DNA of 64,000 bases, taken from the NCBI GenBank assembly GCA_023229435.1, contig JALNZF010000012.1, positions 30,086 to 94,085 on the forward strand, given 5' to 3'. The position numbers were made by a program, and so were the translations under genes. This DNA comes from Nitrospirota bacterium (lineage in GTDB: Bacteria; Nitrospirota; UBA9217). Below, in pieces: positions 40,325-50,302 of this stretch; position 1 is the first letter of the stretch; the number at the start of each line of letters is the position of its first letter. Below the pieces are notes generated by a model. It worked only from the letters and a program-made list of their open reading frames with translations. It did no database searches and was not told where the DNA came from.

Positions 40325-43300
40325 AGAGCGGTTGCTCGTCGTTGCCTGCGCCCTCTGCCTCGTCGGGCATGCGGCCTCCCTGCAACCCGCTTACGCGGTC
40401 GAGACCCTGCGCAAGGCCCCGGCGAAAGTCACCCTGAGTCCTCTCGCTAAGATCCACGAGGGAAGCGCCAGGGCAGGCATGACCATTGCCAGGGCCCCTC
40501 AGGCGATAACGTTTGACCCGCTTGAGACACGGCCCTACAGCAAGACGCCGTTCTTTCTTGCCGCCACGGTTTCCAGCGGCCTCCGCGTCACCTACACAAG
40601 CTCCAATGCCGCTGTCGCAACCGTCAGAGGCAACAAGGTGACGATCACGGGCGTCGGAACGACAGAGATCACTGCCTATCAGCGCGGAAACAGGAACTAC
40701 CATGCGGCGGAGCCGGTAACGCGGGCTCTGACGGTGAACAAGGCCAAAGCCAAAGTCACCCTGAGCCGTCTCGCTCGAACCTACGACGGCGCGCCGAAAT
40801 CCGTCAAGGCCTCGACGAACCCGAAAGGCCTGGTCGTGGGCATCGCCTACGACGGGAATGCCTCGGCGCCCGTCAATGCCGGACGATACACGGTGACAGC
40901 CACGGTCCGGGACGCCAACTACGAGGGAAGCGCCGAGGCCGGCATGATCATAGCGAAGGCGCCTCAGAAGATCGCCTTCAATGCCCCGACCGCGCGGACA
41001 TACGGCGATGCGCCGTTCGATCTGGTTTCCACCTCGTCCAGCGGCCTCACGACAACCTACGCAAGCTCCAATCCCGCTGTCTCGGTCATCAGCGGCAATA
41101 AGGTGACGATCACGGGCGCGGGATCGACCGTGATCACCGCTTTTCAGGGGGGGGACGGCAACTACCTTCCTGCGAAACCAATGCAGCGGATACTGACCAT
41201 TGCGAAGGCGGAACAGACAATTGCGTTCGATGCCCCAACCACCGTGACCTACGGCGTCCTTGATTTTTCTCCCAAGGCATTGGCGAGTTCGGGCCTTCCC
41301 GTGGTCTACGAAAGCTCGGACCCCTCGGTGGCCGTTGTCGTCGGAAACCAGGTCCATATCATCCGCGCCGGCGCATCGACGCTCATTGCGTCGCAGCCGG
41401 GAGACGACAACTATCTCGCGGCAAAGCCGGTAACGCAGGCGCTGACGGTGAACAAGGCCAAAGCCGAAGTCTCCCTCATCGGTCTCGATCAGACCTATGA
41501 CGGCGCACAGAAGCAGGCCGGGGCCAGGACCGAGCCTGAAGGCCTGAGCGTCACCCTGACCTACGACAAGAAGGCAACGGCGCCCGCGAAGGCGGGCAGC
41601 TACGCGGTCATCGGCACGGTTCGGGACACCAACTACGAGGGAAGCGCCACGGCAACGCTGAACATTGCGAAGGCTCCCCAGACGATAGCGTTCGATGCCC
41701 CGGTCACCGTGACCTACGGTGTCGTTGATTTTTCTCCCAAGGCATTGGCGAGTTCGGGCCTTCCCGTGTTCTACGAAAGCTCGGACCCCTCGGTTGCCGT
41801 TGTCATCGGAAACCAGGTCCATATCGTCGGCGCAGGCGCATCGACGCTCACTACATCGCAGCCGGGAGACGACAACTATCTCGCGGCAAAACCGGTAACG
41901 CAGGCGCTGACGGTGAACAAGGCCAAAGCCGAAGTCTCCCTCATCGGTCTCGATCAGACCTATGACGGCGCTCAGAAGCAGGCCGGGGCCAGGACCAAGC
42001 CTGAAGGTCTGAGCGTTACCCTGACCTACGACAACAAGGCAACGGCGCCCGCGAAGGCGGGCAGCTACACGGTCATCGGCACGGTACAAGACGCCAACTA
42101 CGAGGGTAGCGCCACGGCAACGCTGAACATTGCGAAGGCGGGTCAGACGATAGCGTTCGATGCTCTCACAACACGCACCTACGGCGACGGGACGTTCGTC
42201 CTTGCCTCCACGGTGTCGAGCGGCCTTACCGCGAGCTACGGGAGCTCCAATCCGTCTGTCGCGATTATCAGCGGCAACCAGGTGAGAATTGCGGGGGCTG
42301 GAACTGCCGAGATCACTGCCTATCAGGATGGAGATGGCAACTACCTTGCCGCAAAACCGGTGATGCAGGCGCTGACGGTGCATAAGGCCAAAGCCGAAGT
42401 CTCCCTCATTGGTCTCGATCAGACCTATGACGCCACACAGAAGCAAGTCGGGGCCAGGACGGACCCAAAAAACCTGAACGTTGTGTTCCTCTACGACAAT
42501 AATGCAACGGCGCCCGCGAAGGCGGGCAGCTACGCGGTCGTCGGCACGGTACAAGACGCCAACTACGAGGGCAGCGCCTTCGCAACGCTGACCATTGCGA
42601 AGGCCGGCCAGAAGATCGCCTTCGATGCCCCGCTCACCGTTACCTACGGCGACGCCGACTTTTCTCCCGGGGCAAGGGCGAGTTCGGGACTTCCCGTGTT
42701 CTACGAAAGTTCGGACCCGTCAGTGGCCATTGTCGTCGAAAACCATGTCCATATCATCAGCGCGGGCTCATCGGAACTCATTGCGTCGCAGCCGGGAGAC
42801 GACAACCACCTTGCGGCGGCGCCGAAAAAGCGGAAGCTGGCGGTGAAGCGGGCCGCTCAAACGATAACGTTTCCCGCCCTTGAGGCAAGGCCTTACAATA
42901 AGGTCCCGTTCTCTCTTGAAGCCGCGGCGTCCAGCGGCCTGACCGTTGCTTGTGAAAGTTCGAATGACGATGTCGCAACGGTGAACGGCAACCAGGTGAC
43001 GATCAGGGGTGTTGGTACAACGACGATAACGGTGTTTCAGTCAGGGGACGGCAATTATCTGGCAGCAGCCCCGGTGAAGCAGGTCTTGACGGTGCGGAAG
43101 GCCCCCGCAAACGTAACGCTGGGCGCTCTGAAGCACATCTATGACGGGAAGCCGAAATCAGCGGCGAGCGAGACCAGACCGGCCAGACTTTCCGTGACGT
43201 TCACCTACGATGGAAGTGATAAACCGCCGGTCAATGCCGGAAGCTACTCGGTCGCAGCCACTGTCCGGGAAGACAACTACGAGGGGACCGCCACCGGGAC

Positions 43301-45026
43301 GATGACCATCGCGAAGGCCGCCCAGAGGATCACGTTCGATCCCCTGATCACGATGACCTACGGCGACAGGCCGTTCTATCTTTTTTCCGAGGTGTCCAGC
43401 GGTCTCATCCCCGCTTATGAAAGCTCGGGTCCCGCTGTTGCGATCGTGACCGGCTCACGCGTGACGATCGTGGGAGCCGGGACCGCGACCATCACGGCTT
43501 CCCAGGCCGGGGACAACAACCACCTTGAAGCGGAACCGGTGGGGCGGACATTCATCGTGAAAAAGGCCCCTCCGCTGATCACGCTGAACGGTCTGGAGCA
43601 CAGGTATGATGGAACGCCAAAACCGGCTGCAAGCATGACCTCACCCGCCGGCCTCAGCGTGCACATCACCTACGATGGAAATCCGGTTGCCCCCGTCAAG
43701 GCGGGACAATACGAAGTGATTGCCGCGGTCCAGAACCCCAACTATGAGGGAAGTGCGTCAGGCACAATGTCCATAGCCAAGGCGTCCCAAAAGATAAAAT
43801 TACCTGTCCTTGGGGTCAAAACCCTGGGGACCGGACCCTTCGAGCTCCCCGCCGTGCTGCCCAGCGGCCTTGCTGTTGACTACGAAAGCTCCGATCCGAC
43901 CATTGCGACCGTCAGCGGCAACCAGTTGACGGTCAGGGCCGTCGGGACCGCGACGATCACCGCATTTCAGGAGGGGGACGGCAACCACCTGCCGGTAGAG
44001 CCGGTGATGCGGCCGCTGATCGTGCTCGCTCAAAAGCTCCGTATCGTCGTATTTCCCGTGAAAAATCTGAGCGGGAGACCTGCGCCCCTGAAGGAGATCC
44101 GTCAATCGCTCATTGAGGCGCTGGCCCGCCGGGGAGACGTCGTACTCGACGACGAAGCGATGCTGCAGTTCATGACGCGTCACCGCATACGGTATACCGG
44201 CGGCGTCGATATCCTCACGGCCAGGGCGTGGAGGGAAGAGACGGGAACGGAGGCAGTACTCATCGCCTCGGTGGACCAGTATAAAGATTCCGAGGTGCCG
44301 AAGATCTCGCTTACCTGCCGTCTCGTTTCTACCGGGGAGATGCCGCGCATCCTGTGGATGGAGAGCATCGGATTGTCCGGCGACGATTCACCCGGTCTGT
44401 TCGGAAGCGGGTTGATAGGGCAAATCGGGCCCCTCCAGAACAAGGCCATCAAGCAACTCATGGACTCCCTGTCCGCATTCTACGCGGATAGAATATCCCC
44501 CCCGGCGGAAAAGGGCTGGGTCATGGAGGTATTCAAACCAAAGAAGTCCTCTGAAACGCCGTTTATCGATCCCGACCGGACCTACAAGGTCGCTATCATG
44601 CCGTTCTACAACAGTACCAAGAACTCGAATGCCGGCGAGATCCTTGCGCTGCGGTTCATGAGCCAGCTGGTCAAGAACGGGGCCTTTGATGTCCTTGAAC
44701 CCGGCGTGGTCCGGCAGAAGTTCCTGGACTACAGAATCATCATGAATGACGGCATTGCCAGGGCCGATGCGGAAAGTTTTTTTATCAACCAGAAAATGGA
44801 CCTGATTCTTATGGGCAAGATCATCGACTACCAGGAAGGCAATCCAGATATGGAGTTCGAAGTGCAGGTCTATAACAGAAAAAGCAAGTCAATGGCCTGG
44901 TCGTCGTGGAGCTACAATCGCGGCAACGATGCCATGCTCGTGTTCGACTGGAACCGGGTGAGCAACGTCGCAGAACTGGCATCGCAGATGGTAAAGACCA
45001 TTATCCGGGACATGATGACGGAATGA
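40299..45026 (+). CDS. giant (1,575 aa) secreted repeat protein: alternating Ig-like and MBG domains with two C-terminal CsgG/LpoB-like domains
   Basis: ORF open from 40275. The ATG at 40299 gives signal peptide MSSINFFNKERLLVVACALCLVGHAASLQPAYA and overlaps the upstream lipoprotein gene by 26 nt. About 7 units of [Ig-like: TYGD.PF.L.A..SSGL.V.YESSNP.VA.V.GN.V.I.GAG...ITA.Q.GDGNY..A.PV] + [MBG: KA.V.L..L..TYDG..K.........L.V...YDG....P..AG.Y.V.ATV.D.NYEGSA...L.IAKA]. The C-terminal ~330 aa has two CsgG/LpoB-like blocks (LRIVVFPVKNLSGRP..; YKVAIMPFYNSTKNSNAGEILALRFMSQLVKNGAFDVLEP). Confidence 0.75.
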   Translation: MSSINFFNKERLLVVACALCLVGHAASLQPAYAVETLRKAPAKVTLSPLAKIHEGSARAGMTIARAPQAITFDPLETRPYSKTPFFLAATVSSGLRVTYTSSNAAVATVRGNKVTITGVGTTEITAYQRGNRNYHAAEPVTRALTVNKAKAKVTLSRLARTYDGAPKSVKASTNPKGLVVGIAYDGNASAPVNAGRYTVTATVRDANYEGSAEAGMIIAKAPQKIAFNAPTARTYGDAPFDLVSTSSSGLTTTYASSNPAVSVISGNKVTITGAGSTVITAFQGGDGNYLPAKPMQRILTIAKAEQTIAFDAPTTVTYGVLDFSPKALASSGLPVVYESSDPSVAVVVGNQVHIIRAGASTLIASQPGDDNYLAAKPVTQALTVNKAKAEVSLIGLDQTYDGAQKQAGARTEPEGLSVTLTYDKKATAPAKAGSYAVIGTVRDTNYEGSATATLNIAKAPQTIAFDAPVTVTYGVVDFSPKALASSGLPVFYESSDPSVAVVIGNQVHIVGAGASTLTTSQPGDDNYLAAKPVTQALTVNKAKAEVSLIGLDQTYDGAQKQAGARTKPEGLSVTLTYDNKATAPAKAGSYTVIGTVQDANYEGSATATLNIAKAGQTIAFDALTTRTYGDGTFVLASTVSSGLTASYGSSNPSVAIISGNQVRIAGAGTAEITAYQDGDGNYLAAKPVMQALTVHKAKAEVSLIGLDQTYDATQKQVGARTDPKNLNVVFLYDNNATAPAKAGSYAVVGTVQDANYEGSAFATLTIAKAGQKIAFDAPLTVTYGDADFSPGARASSGLPVFYESSDPSVAIVVENHVHIISAGSSELIASQPGDDNHLAAAPKKRKLAVKRAAQTITFPALEARPYNKVPFSLEAAASSGLTVACESSNDDVATVNGNQVTIRGVGTTTITVFQSGDGNYLAAAPVKQVLTVRKAPANVTLGALKHIYDGKPKSAASETRPARLSVTFTYDGSDKPPVNAGSYSVAATVREDNYEGTATGTMTIAKAAQRITFDPLITMTYGDRPFYLFSEVSSGLIPAYESSGPAVAIVTGSRVTIVGAGTATITASQAGDNNHLEAEPVGRTFIVKKAPPLITLNGLEHRYDGTPKPAASMTSPAGLSVHITYDGNPVAPVKAGQYEVIAAVQNPNYEGSASGTMSIAKASQKIKLPVLGVKTLGTGPFELPAVLPSGLAVDYESSDPTIATVSGNQLTVRAVGTATITAFQEGDGNHLPVEPVMRPLIVLAQKLRIVVFPVKNLSGRPAPLKEIRQSLIEALARRGDVVLDDEAMLQFMTRHRIRYTGGVDILTARAWREETGTEAVLIASVDQYKDSEVPKISLTCRLVSTGEMPRILWMESIGLSGDDSPGLFGSGLIGQIGPLQNKAIKQLMDSLSAFYADRISPPAEKGWVMEVFKPKKSSETPFIDPDRTYKVAIMPFYNSTKNSNAGEILALRFMSQLVKNGAFDVLEPGVVRQKFLDYRIIMNDGIARADAESFFINQKMDLILMGKIIDYQEGNPDMEFEVQVYNRKSKSMAWSSWSYNRGNDAMLVFDWNRVSNVAELASQMVKTIIRDMMTE
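41221..42180 (+). repeat. two near-identical 480-bp tandem repeat units inside the giant gene
   Basis: 41221-41700 and 41701-42180 are almost identical at nucleotide level (each encodes one Ig-like + one MBG unit, e.g. KAKAEVSLIGLDQTYDGAQKQAGART.PEGLSVTLTYD). A third, more diverged unit follows (42330-42600). Confidence 0.7.
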
Positions 45027-45203
45027 CGCATGGATCGATACCCCTGAACGATGAGGGGCACGTGCAAGGTGTGGTGTTTTTGAGCAGAGTGTGGTAATAT
45101 TCTCCCTTCCCATGAGGCGAAGGCAGGCATCGCTGAGGGCAAAGGCATTGTCCGGAACATAATGAATGACGGAATGACGCATTAATCAGGAGGTAAGGAA
45201 TAC

Positions 45204-46961
45204 ATGAAAGCAAGGTACGGAGTACTGGGTTTATTCTTATTGTTGGGTATGGTTGCGGGGAGCACGGCATCGGCCCTTGAGGGATCGAAGCCGGCGGTTG
45301 CCAGTCTCGGCACCGGCACGACCGCACCGGAGGGGCCCCAGGTCTTGGTGAGGGCGCCGCTTTTCTCGCCCCTCTTCGAACGGATACCCCTCGCCGCGGT
45401 CAACGGCGATCAGATCACCATGGGTGACGTCGCGAATGCGCTGGTCGCCTCCCATGAAGAACAGGACCCTGCGAAGAAGCAGGGCGGAGGAAAGCTAGAT
45501 TATGGGAAGGTCCTGGACCGGCTCATCAACGTGAGGCTCATCGTACAGGAATCGACCGCGATCGGATTTGACGAGCTGCCCGAATTCAAAGCCTCCGTGG
45601 AGGACTATTCGACGCAGGCCCTCGCAAGGCTCCTGATGCAGGATGCCACGAAGGACGTGAAAGCGGACCCTGCCGAGGTGGAGAAGCGCTATAAAGCCGC
45701 CATGGTAGAATGGAAGATAAAATCGATTTTTTTTGAGAACGAGGACGACGCCAAGAGCATGGCAGATGGGCTGAAGGCGGGAAAGAGCTACGAGGAAATG
45801 GCGGAAAAGGCCATTGCCGATGGAAAAACGAAAGGGGTCCAGGAGGGAAGTTTCGTGAAACCCAAGGATCTGGCCCCTCACATCATGGCGGCGGTTGCCG
45901 CGATGGAGACCGGATCTGTCAGTCCCATCATCAAAGCGCAGGGCGATAAAACCAGCGGATTCACGGTCCTCAAGCTCGTGGAGAAGCGATATCCCGAGAA
46001 CGCCGAGACAAGAGATCAGGTGGAGTGGTCGGTTCTGGCCGAGCAAAGGACCCGGGCGTGGGAGGAGTTCAAGACATCACTCGTAACGAAATACGTGAAG
46101 ATCAATAAAAGGACCCTCGACAAGCTGGACTACGACGGGTCCATCGATAAGTTCCCGCGGCTGCTGGAGGACGAGAGGGTGGTCGCCGAGTTCAAGGGGG
46201 GAAAGCCGATCACCGTCGGCGAGCTTACGCAGGCGCTTCAACAGAAATTCTGGCACGGAGTGGAGGAGGCCGCCAAGTCAAAAAAAATCAACAAGATGAA
46301 ACAGTACACCCTGTCCGAGCTCATCGGGCTGCGCGTAATAGCAAAAGAAACGTCGGAGCGGGACCTCGCTAGGAGAGAGGAATACCTGAAGGAGTTCAAG
46401 CAGTATAAGGACTCAACCCTCTTCGGGCTGTTCGTCGAACGGGTGGTCCTCCCCGACATTAAGGTGACGGAGCCTGACCTGCAGGCGTATTATGAGAAAC
46501 ATAGGCTGGAATTTCAGTACCCGGAGATGGTGAAGATGTCCAGCATCGCCTTCGGGAGCAAGCGCGCTGCCGAGGCCGTCCGCGCGAAGCTGGCAAAGGG
46601 CACGGACCTCGCCTGGGCGAGGAGCAACGCGGAGGGAGTCGCGGGCAAGAGCGAGGACGACCCCCTCTCCTCCCTGAACGGAAGCATCCTGTCCGTGAGA
46701 AGCCTGCCCCCCGGCATGGCCAAGGCCGTCTCAGGGAGCCACGCGGGAGAGTACCTGCTCTATGAAGGGTCCGAGGACCGGTTCTACGTTCTGTCCATCG
46801 AGGCGATCATACCCGCGAGGCAGCAGCCTTATGATGAGGTCAAGGAGGAGTTTCGGGAGAAGGTCTTTCAGGAAAAGTTCATCCAGGCGATGGATGACTG
46901 GTTTTCCAAGCTTAGATCGGCCAGCAAGGTAACGGTCTATCTTTCGGAAACAGGGAAATAA
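45204..46961 (+). CDS. periplasmic SurA/PpiD-like chaperone (parvulin-type PPIase-like)
   Basis: 585 aa. AGGAGG RBS. Signal peptide. N-terminal SurA-N-like segment (AAVNGDQITMGDVANALV). The C-terminal region has a degenerate PpiC/parvulin-like block (MVKMSSIAF..KRAAEAVRAKLAKGTDLAWARSNA). Sits immediately upstream of the two large multiheme cytochromes. Confidence 0.5.
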   Translation: MKARYGVLGLFLLLGMVAGSTASALEGSKPAVASLGTGTTAPEGPQVLVRAPLFSPLFERIPLAAVNGDQITMGDVANALVASHEEQDPAKKQGGGKLDYGKVLDRLINVRLIVQESTAIGFDELPEFKASVEDYSTQALARLLMQDATKDVKADPAEVEKRYKAAMVEWKIKSIFFENEDDAKSMADGLKAGKSYEEMAEKAIADGKTKGVQEGSFVKPKDLAPHIMAAVAAMETGSVSPIIKAQGDKTSGFTVLKLVEKRYPENAETRDQVEWSVLAEQRTRAWEEFKTSLVTKYVKINKRTLDKLDYDGSIDKFPRLLEDERVVAEFKGGKPITVGELTQALQQKFWHGVEEAAKSKKINKMKQYTLSELIGLRVIAKETSERDLARREEYLKEFKQYKDSTLFGLFVERVVLPDIKVTEPDLQAYYEKHRLEFQYPEMVKMSSIAFGSKRAAEAVRAKLAKGTDLAWARSNAEGVAGKSEDDPLSSLNGSILSVRSLPPGMAKAVSGSHAGEYLLYEGSEDRFYVLSIEAIIPARQQPYDEVKEEFREKVFQEKFIQAMDDWFSKLRSASKVTVYLSETGK

Positions 46962-46991
46962 CATCTTGAACACTATGATCAGGAGATAACG

Positions 46992-48956
46992 ATGCAAAAC
47001 GTTTCGATAAAACAGCGCGTCTTTGCCCTTGGAGCGGTCTTTTTTCTGTGCGTTTTCCTGCATGCCGCGATCGGGACGGCGGCGCAGCAATCCGCCCGCA
47101 AGGATTGTCTGGACTGCCACACCAAGTTCTCGGAAAAGTATCTCGGGATGAAAAATGTTCATGCTGTCGTGAAGGAGAAACATTGCGAGGGCTGCCATCT
47201 CCGCCACGGCCTCGTGGCCAGACTGATCCTCAAGCAGGTCGGGAACGAGCTCTGCCAGTCCTGTCACACGAAGGACAAGATGGGCATGAAGCCGATCGTG
47301 CATACGGCCCTGAAGGGGGGGAAATGCACGGACTGCCACAACCCGCACGCCTCCCCGATGGACCATCTGTTGAAGGTGGAGGGAAAGGATCTGTGCTATC
47401 AATGTCACAAAAAAGAGGACTATGAAAAGAAAACAGTGCACGCGGTCCTGAATACAAAGGGCTGCGCCGCCTGTCACTCTTCCCACAGCGCTGACGAGAA
47501 GAACCTCCTCGTCAAGCCGGAGACGCCCCTCTGCCTGTCCTGCCACGACAGCGGCAATTCCGCGTTCAGGAAGGCCCATGGTACGTATCCCGTGCAGACG
47601 AAAACCTGCACAACCTGCCATAATCCCCACTCCTCGGACCAGCCGAAGCTCCTGAAGACGAGCGCGCACAACCCCGTCGTCACCGCGAGCTGCGACATGT
47701 GCCATAACGCGCCGAATACCGACAAGGCCTTCGGCGTGAAGGAAGGCGCCATCGGCGCTCTCTGCGGCCAGTGTCATATGTCCGACGACCTGAAGGCAGG
47801 CGGCACGGTGGAGCACATGCCCTTTAAGGACGGGATGTGCGACCAATGTCATAATCCCCACGCCTCGGAGAACCCCAAGCTTCTGAATAAAAGCGTCAAC
47901 AAGCTCTGTTTCGACTGTCATGCGGACAAAGGGGCACGGGTTGCCTTCCCCCATGCGGCTGTCGAACAAGGGTGCCTGTCCTGTCATCTGCCCCATGCCG
48001 CAAAGAACGAGCGGTTGCTGAGGGCAAAGACGAGCGACATCTGCTTCACCTGTCACGAGAAAGTGAAGGAGGCGCAGAAAGCCAAGCACGTCCATTCGCC
48101 CTTCGCCGAGGCCATGTGCACCACATGCCATAATCCGCACGGTTCGAACTTCCCGCTCATGTCCAGCAACGGCATGGACAAGACCTGCTACTCGTGCCAC
48201 AACGACGCGGAGACGGGATTTGCGAAAAAAACCGTCCATGCGCCTGTGCGGGAAGGACGGTGCCAGTCGTGCCATGACGGCCACGGCTCATCAGAGGGGA
48301 AGATGCTCATAGCCCCTGCGGGGCCGAAACTCTGCGGACAGTGCCACGGCGACCTTATGAAAGAGTCAAAGGACAATATCGTCCATCAACCCTTCGGGAA
48401 AGGCCTTTGCCTGGATTGCCACTCCCCCCATGCCAGCGACAACGCGGGTATGATCGTCAAGGACCAGGGGTCCCTCTGTCTTACCTGCCACGCGGCAATG
48501 GGGAAGCAGATCAAGTCGTCCGCGGATGTGCATAAACCCATTGAGACCGGCATGTGTACGAAGTGTCACAGCCCCCACCAGGCGAAGCTTGCCAAACTGT
48601 TGTTGGCGCAGTCGCCTGATATCTGCCTCGCCTGCCACAAGGACCTGAAGGAGCGGATAGAGAAGGAGAACAAGCACCAGCCCGCAGCGGGCGACTGCCT
48701 GACCTGCCACCTGCCGCACCTGTCGTCGCAGCGGAGGCTGCTCTCCGACGCGGTGCCGTCGCTCTGCCTCCAATGCCACGAAGCAACGGCAGCTTCATTC
48801 AGGAAGGCCCACATCAATATTGACGCCGCCGTTATGGAGTGCACAAGCTGCCATGACCCCCATGCGTCAAAGGACCCGAAGTTATTCAAGAAACATGTGC
48901 ATGCCCCCTTTGCGGGCAGATCATGCGATGAATGTCACATCGTAAAAACACAATAG
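46992..48956 (+). CDS. multiheme c-type cytochrome, ~26 CXXCH motifs (doubled-CXXCH type)
   Basis: 654 aa. GGAGA RBS. Signal peptide. I count 26 CXXCH motifs, mostly in the periodic C..CH.PH(A/S)S pattern (CTDCHNPHAS, CTTCHNPHSS, CDQCHNPHAS, CLDCHSPHAS, CTSCHDPHAS). Confidence 0.85.
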   Translation: MQNVSIKQRVFALGAVFFLCVFLHAAIGTAAQQSARKDCLDCHTKFSEKYLGMKNVHAVVKEKHCEGCHLRHGLVARLILKQVGNELCQSCHTKDKMGMKPIVHTALKGGKCTDCHNPHASPMDHLLKVEGKDLCYQCHKKEDYEKKTVHAVLNTKGCAACHSSHSADEKNLLVKPETPLCLSCHDSGNSAFRKAHGTYPVQTKTCTTCHNPHSSDQPKLLKTSAHNPVVTASCDMCHNAPNTDKAFGVKEGAIGALCGQCHMSDDLKAGGTVEHMPFKDGMCDQCHNPHASENPKLLNKSVNKLCFDCHADKGARVAFPHAAVEQGCLSCHLPHAAKNERLLRAKTSDICFTCHEKVKEAQKAKHVHSPFAEAMCTTCHNPHGSNFPLMSSNGMDKTCYSCHNDAETGFAKKTVHAPVREGRCQSCHDGHGSSEGKMLIAPAGPKLCGQCHGDLMKESKDNIVHQPFGKGLCLDCHSPHASDNAGMIVKDQGSLCLTCHAAMGKQIKSSADVHKPIETGMCTKCHSPHQAKLAKLLLAQSPDICLACHKDLKERIEKENKHQPAAGDCLTCHLPHLSSQRRLLSDAVPSLCLQCHEATAASFRKAHINIDAAVMECTSCHDPHASKDPKLFKKHVHAPFAGRSCDECHIVKTQ

Positions 48957-48966
48957 AGGAGCACGT

Positions 48967-50298
48967 ATGAAACTTCGAACCAGTATCGTCATAGTGGCCC
49001 TGTCGGTAATATGCGCCGGTCCCGCGCCCCAGGCTTATGCGGCGAAGACGGCAAAACCGGTGAAGGCCGCGGAGGCAAAGAAAGCAGGCACTGAAACCAT
49101 CGAGAGCAAATTCAACCTGAAGCCGGGCGCCGCTCAAAAGGTCTGCCTGACGTGCCACCCCCAATTCGAGGACCTGCTGAAAAAGCCCTCGGTCCATACC
49201 CCCCTGAAGAGCCCGGGCTGTATCGCCTGTCACAGCCCCCACGCGTCAAATTTTCCGAAGCAGCTTTCGGCGGAAGTGGGCACGATCTGCCTGACGTGCC
49301 ATGCCGGCATCATGCCGAAGGGCGCGCGCAGCACCCACAAGGTCGCTCTTGAAGGCAAGTGCGTTTCGTGCCACGATCCGCACGCTTCGGACAACAAGAA
49401 CAACCTGCGCAAGGCGGGAAACGAACTGTGTTTCGATTGCCACAAGGACAAGGGCGAAGAGATCAAGCAGCTGAAGTTCAAACACTCTCCGGTGGAGAAA
49501 GGGTGCATAAACTGCCATAATCCGCACGCTGCAACGAAGGCGGCTTCCCTCCTGAAAAGCGAGGTCCCGGAACTGTGCAAAGAGTGCCATGATACAAAGA
49601 AGCCCCTCTTCGTCAAGCAGCACATGAATTATCCCGTGGCGAACACACGGTGCACCATATGCCACAGCGCGCACGGCTCGAACCGTGCCGGGCTCATCTA
49701 TGACACGGCCCACAAGCCCTTCGCGAGCAAGAGCTGCAACCTGTGCCATGAAGGCCCGACAGCTCCGAACCCGATCGCGTTGAAGAAAACGGGTTTTGAA
49801 TTATGCAGGGGGTGCCACAACAATTCGATCAACGACATGTTATCCAAGAACCGCCTCCATTGGCCGGTGCTGGGAAAGGACGGCTGTCTTAATTGTCATA
49901 ATCCGCACGCGTCGCCGCAGGCGGGCCTCCTGAGAAAGGCGCCGGTCCAGCTGTGCGGCGGCTGCCATGCGGACACGATCCGACGCCAGGAGCTGTCGGT
50001 GACGAAGCATAAGCCGATAAAGGACGGGCAGTGCATGTCGTGCCATGTCCCCCATGCCTCCGACAACACCTATTTGTTCATCCAGGCATCGCCGGTGGAT
50101 TTGTGCGGGACCTGCCACGACTATATGAAACATTCGACCCATCCGGTCGGTGAAAAGGTGATCGACAAGAGAAACAAGAACCTGACCGTGCAATGCCTGA
50201 GCTGTCATCGGGCGCACGGCACGGAATTCAAAAAAATGCTGCCCTTCGGGACCGTAGCTGAACTTTGCACGCAATGCCATACTGAATATAAGAGGTGA
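48967..50298 (+). CDS. multiheme c-type cytochrome, ~16 CXXCH motifs
   Basis: 443 aa. AGAGGAG RBS. Signal peptide (..AGPAPQAYA). 16 CXXCH motifs with the same C..CH.PHAS periodicity (CIACHSPHAS, CVSCHDPHAS, CINCHNPHAA, CLNCHNPHAS, CMSCHVPHAS). Confidence 0.85.
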   Translation: MKLRTSIVIVALSVICAGPAPQAYAAKTAKPVKAAEAKKAGTETIESKFNLKPGAAQKVCLTCHPQFEDLLKKPSVHTPLKSPGCIACHSPHASNFPKQLSAEVGTICLTCHAGIMPKGARSTHKVALEGKCVSCHDPHASDNKNNLRKAGNELCFDCHKDKGEEIKQLKFKHSPVEKGCINCHNPHAATKAASLLKSEVPELCKECHDTKKPLFVKQHMNYPVANTRCTICHSAHGSNRAGLIYDTAHKPFASKSCNLCHEGPTAPNPIALKKTGFELCRGCHNNSINDMLSKNRLHWPVLGKDGCLNCHNPHASPQAGLLRKAPVQLCGGCHADTIRRQELSVTKHKPIKDGQCMSCHVPHASDNTYLFIQASPVDLCGTCHDYMKHSTHPVGEKVIDKRNKNLTVQCLSCHRAHGTEFKKMLPFGTVAELCTQCHTEYKR

Positions 50299-50302
50299 AA
50301 CC

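Noticed and set aside
40305-42554. 749-aa ORF antisense to the giant repeat-protein gene
   Set aside because: It lies entirely inside a higher-confidence plus-strand gene. High GC and repeat periodicity keep the antisense frame open. The translation is low-complexity R/G/A-rich with no domain features.
45013-45182. 17-bp direct repeat (atgacggaatgacgcat) at the giant-gene stop and again 150 bp downstream
   Set aside because: A single short direct repeat without inverted repeats or coding capacity. Could be chance or a small local duplication. Insufficient to call a mobile element.
46731-48284. 517-aa ORF antisense to the SurA-like and 26-heme cytochrome genes
   Set aside because: It spans a gene boundary of two well-supported plus-strand genes with good RBSs. 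No signal peptide or motifs. Typical GC shadow.
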